Positions 58,588 through 64,000 of a DNA stretch of 64,000 bases are shown here, in pieces (position 1 is the first letter of the stretch; every line of letters begins with the position of its first letter). The position numbers were made by a program, and so were the translations under genes. The stretch is from contig JAQGDQ010000238.1 of the NCBI GenBank assembly GCA_030141605.1, positions 62,001-126,000 of the forward strand, written 5' to 3'. Below the pieces are notes generated by a model. It was not told the DNA's origin. It made no database searches and saw only the letters and a program-made list of their open reading frames with translations. This DNA is from Tubiluchus corallicola. Its lineage: Eukaryota; Animalia; Priapulida.

Positions 58588-59594
58588 CATAGGCGTACGG
58601 GAGGAAGTTTCAGAAGGGGTGGGGGAGGCAGAAGGAACTAACTTACCCTAGCCTATATGATTTCCAAATACGTGCAAACAGCGGCAGACATAATTATATA
58701 GGATATAGACTGACAAGCGTCTAAAAAAGAAACATTTCTAGGACTACTCAACTACTCAACTTGTGAGGCCCATTTGCAAACCCCGACCTGCATCGCTTAA
58801 CCCCAAGAGAAAGATGGAATTGTTTTTTAAACAAAATTTAAGCTGAGGTAATGACCAGTGTTTAATGAAGTAACGCAATTTACAACCCTTTCTTATCGGA
58901 ATTTCGATTCCAAATGATGTAACAGCATTGTAAGTAATAGTTTTTGTAAAAATGGCTAATTTTTTACAACATAAATATTTTAACAATGGTGGGATTACAT
59001 AGAATTAGTCCACAGGGTTTACAAAAATTACCGTACGCGATATTCAAACACTGATTCACTATTAATCTATTAACTCACACAAAGTAATTTATCTTAAAGA
59101 ATACACACACTATTCAAGCACAAAAAACTTCAAATGCTTTTTTTACACGACAGTATTGAAGTTATTGATTCGAATTTTACGTCGGTGAATTGCGTGATCT
59201 TAAGTAATCAATTTGAGGACAGCTCATACTCTTCTATTTGTATGGATCCACATATTCTTCTATGTATTCTTCTATTTGTGTGGATCCACATGGGCATAAT
59301 CTAGTAGTGAACGCTGCAGTGAACGCATGCGTGAATTTAATGTTAAAATAAAGACTGTGGAAAACTGAACGTTAGGAATATTTTCATTTTTTAGCAGAAA
59401 TTAGCAGAAATTTTTAGAAAAAGACATTGTTGTAAGTTTCCTTTTGCATTCTTTAAAGCCAATGAGCTTACAAATTTTATTTCTATGCACTATGCATTAT
59501 TACCCTTGGGCTTTGTTTTTTTACCCTAAAAATATACAATTTATTTGTACGGTAGGGCAAGCCCCTACCCGACCTACCGCCTCGTACGCTTATG
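58588..59594. mobile_element. Non-autonomous hAT-like DNA transposon, about 1 kb
   Basis: TIRs CATAGGCGTACG / CGTACGCTTATG (11/12); flanking direct repeat TCTGTATTGT / TCAGTATTGT. Confidence 0.8.
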
Positions 59595-61124
59595 TCAGTA
59601 TTGTAATGATGCAATGTGGAAATAAATGAATTCTGGGAACTTTTGAACATGTACAAACAGTATGGTAAAAACATACATACATACATATACTTTTCTACAA
59701 ATGTTCTTTATGTACTCTTTTTAAACTGGTAATAATTAAATTTTTATGTATTTTACATGACTGAGCTGTATATTTACGTATTTATTTACTTATAAAATGA
59801 TAATAGCATACATTACATAATGTGATATACCGTTCAGTGATTGCCTTACTGGATGAATGGGCTACATTGCTACTAGGCATATGCGTCTGGTGCAAAAAAG
59901 CTAAAAACTACGAGTGCAGTAGGACCGCCATTAAAAACACAAGTAATGAAGTAAAAATGATATAAGCTACAGCAAAATACACATATTTAAAAAACATAAA
60001 GCTCACTTTTACAAATACAATCTAGTATAAAATAATATATATCATAGAGTTAATATAAACACGTCTCTTAACATAAACACAAGCGCAAAACCACCATCTC
60101 ACGGTACAATTAAAATTCGAACGGTACAATAATTTGTGTTTGCGTTATAGATTATAATACATTATAGTGTTAGTGTTGTAGATATTTCTCTAATCGGTTT
60201 AAATGCACATATGGTGAAACGGCAATGAGTAAAAAGGTCAACAGTAATAACTGATGATATGAACTACAATATAGACAATGATGATAATTGATAATGATAA
60301 TTGTGATAAATAAGTTAAAATAATAAATAAATTGTAATAACGTTAAGGGTGATGAAAACAGTTATACTTTACAAATTTTTGCGGTCTTGTCGAAGAAGTA
60401 TTTTCAAGACTGCCTTCAAAATTTAAAACGATTATTAGACTCAAACGATCAACTGCTTACACAAGTCATTGAAATAACAATCAAGATTCTTCTTTACAAG
60501 GTAACCAAATCGTTTCTACATATCGCCCGAAGCTTCTTTGTAATGAATAGGTTTCAGTAACAGCGGACAAGCAAAATAACAAGGCAGTTATTTCTTCTCA
60601 AAAGTTTGAAATATGTAAATCGTAAGTAGCAATTATGCAAATTTGAAGATTGCAGTTGAGCTTAAAGCTTTTTTTAGAAAACAGCAAATAAAATCCAAGA
60701 GACATAAAAGGTACAGCAGTCTAAAACAAGCGAAATAACTTGTCGTTATTAATATTGATAATAATTAACAAAAACAAATGAAAACGGGCAGGTTGACTGA
60801 GTTGTAAATTGCGGTATGTTTACTGGAGCGTGTGTGTGGGAATTGGTGAGACGGGGTGTTGGGGGAGGTGAATGCGTGAAGTTCGGGACGTGGCGAATGA
60901 GGAATTATGGTATCCTTTTAGCAATCGAAATTAAGTAACGCAAGGTCTCCCAGTGAATGGATAGTTGACTGCACGGTTCCTTATGGGCGGTTTCATTTGC
61001 ATGCAGGCGTACCACCTCTTCTATCTTTTTCTCTTTACAGGAGAGTGTCGAGATAGATTCCGGTTCAACTACAGCCATTTTTGTAGAAAGAGGCAGGAAG
61101 AGAGAGAAAGGGAGTGATAGCGAA

Positions 61125-61175
61125 AGAGTGAAGGACAAGAGAGAGAAAGACAGACACATATATACACAGAGAGAC

Positions 61176-61241
<66 letters not shown>

Positions 61242-61272
61242 CAGAGAGAGTGAGAGAGGGCGACAGAGAGAG
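61125..61272. repeat. (GA)n-rich microsatellite
   Basis: Read directly. Confidence 0.95.
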
Positions 61273-61926
61273 ACTGGTTTATTGTCTTGAGGACATGAAG
61301 AGGCGATGACACGAAGGTAGCATAGGTAACCATGACAATCACGTTAGACATGTTAAAGCACGTGTTTAATTGACTTGCACCTGGCACATATCAAGTGGGT
61401 GTAAATCTTAATTAAGACAGCTAATAGAAACTATGGTCATGCAAATTGTCGTTTAATTGTCTAATGTACATGATTTAGAAGTATGGTAGGGTATGGTATG
61501 GCTGAACTAATTGGTGTTCGTAATTTTTAGCGGTGCGTTCCGCTTCATTAACAACATTTGCATCTGTGTTTAAGGAATTTGCTTTAAAACTGCCAGAATA
61601 ACAAGTTTTGATGTTCAGAATGCCCTTTGTCATGATGAAATTACAATAAGTGATTTTCAAAGCTAGTGCCAAGTGGTCTGCTATCAAACTCTCTCACTCA
61701 TCACCATGCTTTGTTTATCTATTTGGAATTTTTGTCGAATTTGTGCTGAATCACCATCTGTGATGGGACTCACAGCCAATAACTTTGACTATAAAGCTGA
61801 TTCTGCCGAGACCACTAGTGAAATGCCACGAAAAAGTTGTTTCTTAAAAACTTGGGTTTATTAAAATAGGATAGCTCAAGGAAAATATACATTCTAATTT
61901 CTAAAACCCAGGTAATGGCAACCATA

Positions 61927-62070
61927 TTGTCGCTGTTGTTGTTGTTGTTGTTATTGTTGCTGACGCTGCTGTTGCTGTTGTTGTTGTTGTTGCGGTTGTT
62001 GCTGTTGTTGTTGTTGTTGTTGTTGTTGTTGTCGATGTTGTTGTCGTTGTCGTCGTCGCTGTCGTCGTTG
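61927..62070. repeat. (GTT)/(GCT)/(GTC) trinucleotide tract
   Basis: Read directly. Confidence 0.93.
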
Positions 62071-63195
62071 CTGGAGCAATGAATTTATAGTGGGTTCGGT
62101 GCAGTTTTGTTTGAATGTTTTCCAGAACCATTATTAACCTTGCTTTTAATTTTAACCTTTTTTTACGAAAATATCTATATGTTTGTCATCTATCCCTATG
62201 TTCCAAACACATTGGTGACTCAATATTTTTTGACGTATTGCACGATTCCTGTCGTATTATTCGCACTTTAGACAAGATTCTAACGTTATTTTTCTAACAT
62301 ATGTTAGTTTTCTAACTAGCAGTTCGAGTGTGTTCAAGTCAGAGATTATTTCCTTTTCCATTTGTGAGACAATTTGTCACAGGGGGACAGTTGGCTATCA
62401 AAAGTGTTGTCGAAAGTGTTGCCAAGGTAAAAAATGCTGACAGCAATTAATTTCATTAATTCCCAAAAACTTTTCAGCAGAACTTACTGACTTTCTCCAA
62501 GGTCGTGATGGAGAAAACTCATCAATTTCAAGCAAAGATGAATAAGGTGGCATTGCAATTTCTTTTCTGCGTTGTACGTTATTCCTGCTCTTTTCCTTCT
62601 TTTTTTCGGTTATAGGTCAGCTGGATATGGTCAGACCTGGATCAAGCGCTCTCCTGACGACACAGCTATTGGCGAACTGGCACCTTGTAGATCTCGTTGA
62701 AGTTCTATGTGCACATCCTTTCCTTGAATGTTTATAGATTCAATTATGTGAATGCGGGAGATCAAATGATTAAATAAACATAGACATGCTTATTGATCTC
62801 TTCTGGTGCACATTTGCATAAAATACACAACTAATTCAACGTATAAAATTTACACGAAAGTAAATGGAAGAAACGAGAAGTGATAAATTGGGTGCAAGGG
62901 AACGGATAGCAAAAGACCATCAGGTCACGCGTTCACATACGTGTATAGTTGAATCCATAAGCTACCCTTGTTAAAATAAAATAAAACTATACGGGATGCA
63001 AAATTACTAGGAAGAAAGTACAATTAGGAATAAGAAAAAACAATATCAAAAACAACAAAAAAACAGTGATAAAGTTAAATTGTAAAGAAAAAAGATACAC
63101 CAAATAGTGTATGTATGTATGTATATATAATGAACATTTAACTTTTGAACATTGCATCTTAAGTTGTACTTGAATATGTAAATAAATATATTCTA

Positions 63196-63257
63196 CATAC
63201 ACACATACATACTGCACACACACACGCACACGCACACGCCCACGCGCACGCGCACGC

Positions 63258-63290
<33 letters not shown>

Positions 63291-63292
63291 CA
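63196..63292. repeat. (CA)n/(CACG)n/(CG) alternating purine-pyrimidine tract
   Basis: Read directly. Confidence 0.92.
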
Positions 63293-64000
63293 AATATATA
63301 TGTGTATGTTATTATTGTGCTTTTGTTACTATGCTTTTTTTTAGTATTATCGTCCCTACTACGTTTGAGCCGTTCCGTCCTATGTACAGGATCAATGTGT
63401 TTTTGGTCTCTTCATGTTGTACGCTCAATAATCTATATGTTCATACATACACATACATAAATACACAAACGAAATAATTACCATCAATGCACTTCATAAT
63501 CTTGCTCGTACTCTTACATAAAATATTGAATAAACATATTCCTAATAAACGGTTACGAACTAACCTAATCAGTTTTCTAAGTTATTTTAAAACATAGGCG
63601 TATACTTTTATGTGTGTTATATTATGTACGTACTGTCCCGTTTTTACTAGGAAAAGAAGCATTAGGCATTGTGCAACTGGGAGTTTTGTACCGCCCACAA
63701 CTGGGACCACTGCATCACTAATATTTGATAAAAAATAATACGCGTAAGTAAAAATTTGGCAATTTAACAGAGTTGCACCGCCCTGAACCAGCAGGCAGGA
63801 ACCGGAACCAATTAGCAACAACAAGCGCGCCGTAGGTGCCGCCCTCTAGGTGGCAGCCAGTTCTTAATGTGAATCATAATATCAATTCAGAGTTGATTTT
63901 TAACGAAGATTTAAATGACAAAGCTAGCGTAACTCAATACAAATAGTTCAGTGCTCTAAGAATGAGAAAAGAACGTTTTAGGGGGCATGTCCAAATACGA

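Noticed and set aside
53029-60842. Scattered YGTGRGAA Su(H) motifs downstream of Hes (53029, 54145, 56743, 60835)
   Set aside because: Several matches are expected by chance in 64 kb; they are unpaired and unclustered.
60905-61080. Possible first coding exon MAVVEPESIST... (aaaATGG at 61078, minus strand)
   Set aside because: No recognisable domain, weak donor and no partner exon found; the same stretch also reads as a plus-strand acceptor.
62470-62740. Two exon-like segments on the plus strand with a strong polypyrimidine acceptor near 62615
   Set aside because: No convincing ORF on joining and a weak donor; cannot be supported without RNA data.

Overview
AT-rich, intron-rich animal (invertebrate bilaterian-type) genomic DNA, with no prokaryotic operons, CRISPR arrays or intact rRNA/tRNA genes. 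Two genes can be assembled by hand from splice sites. (1) The 5' half of an SLC18A/VMAT-family vesicular amine transporter on the minus strand: 6 coding exons, 6731 down to 185, running off the left edge, with one non-canonical GC-AG intron. (2) A complete 4-exon hairy/Hes1-class bHLH-Orange-WRPW repressor on the plus strand (45323-50000, 333 aa), with a Su(H)/RBPJ site and N/E-boxes in its promoter. Between them, three to four phase-compatible minus-strand exons (30397 down to 24756 or 22498) join into a small secreted prepropeptide that I do not recognise. It has a signal peptide, KR/RR/RRR sites, a PACAP-like helix and a C-terminal segment resembling the natriuretic-peptide ring. This is the most interesting candidate, but the family resemblances come from short alignments by eye and may be chance. 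The rest is microsatellites, a 43-bp minisatellite, decayed LINEs (CR1, RTE-X-like, L2/Crack-like), tRNA/5S-derived SINEs and several MITEs. Nearly all other ORFs in the supplied track are repeat or chance artefacts.
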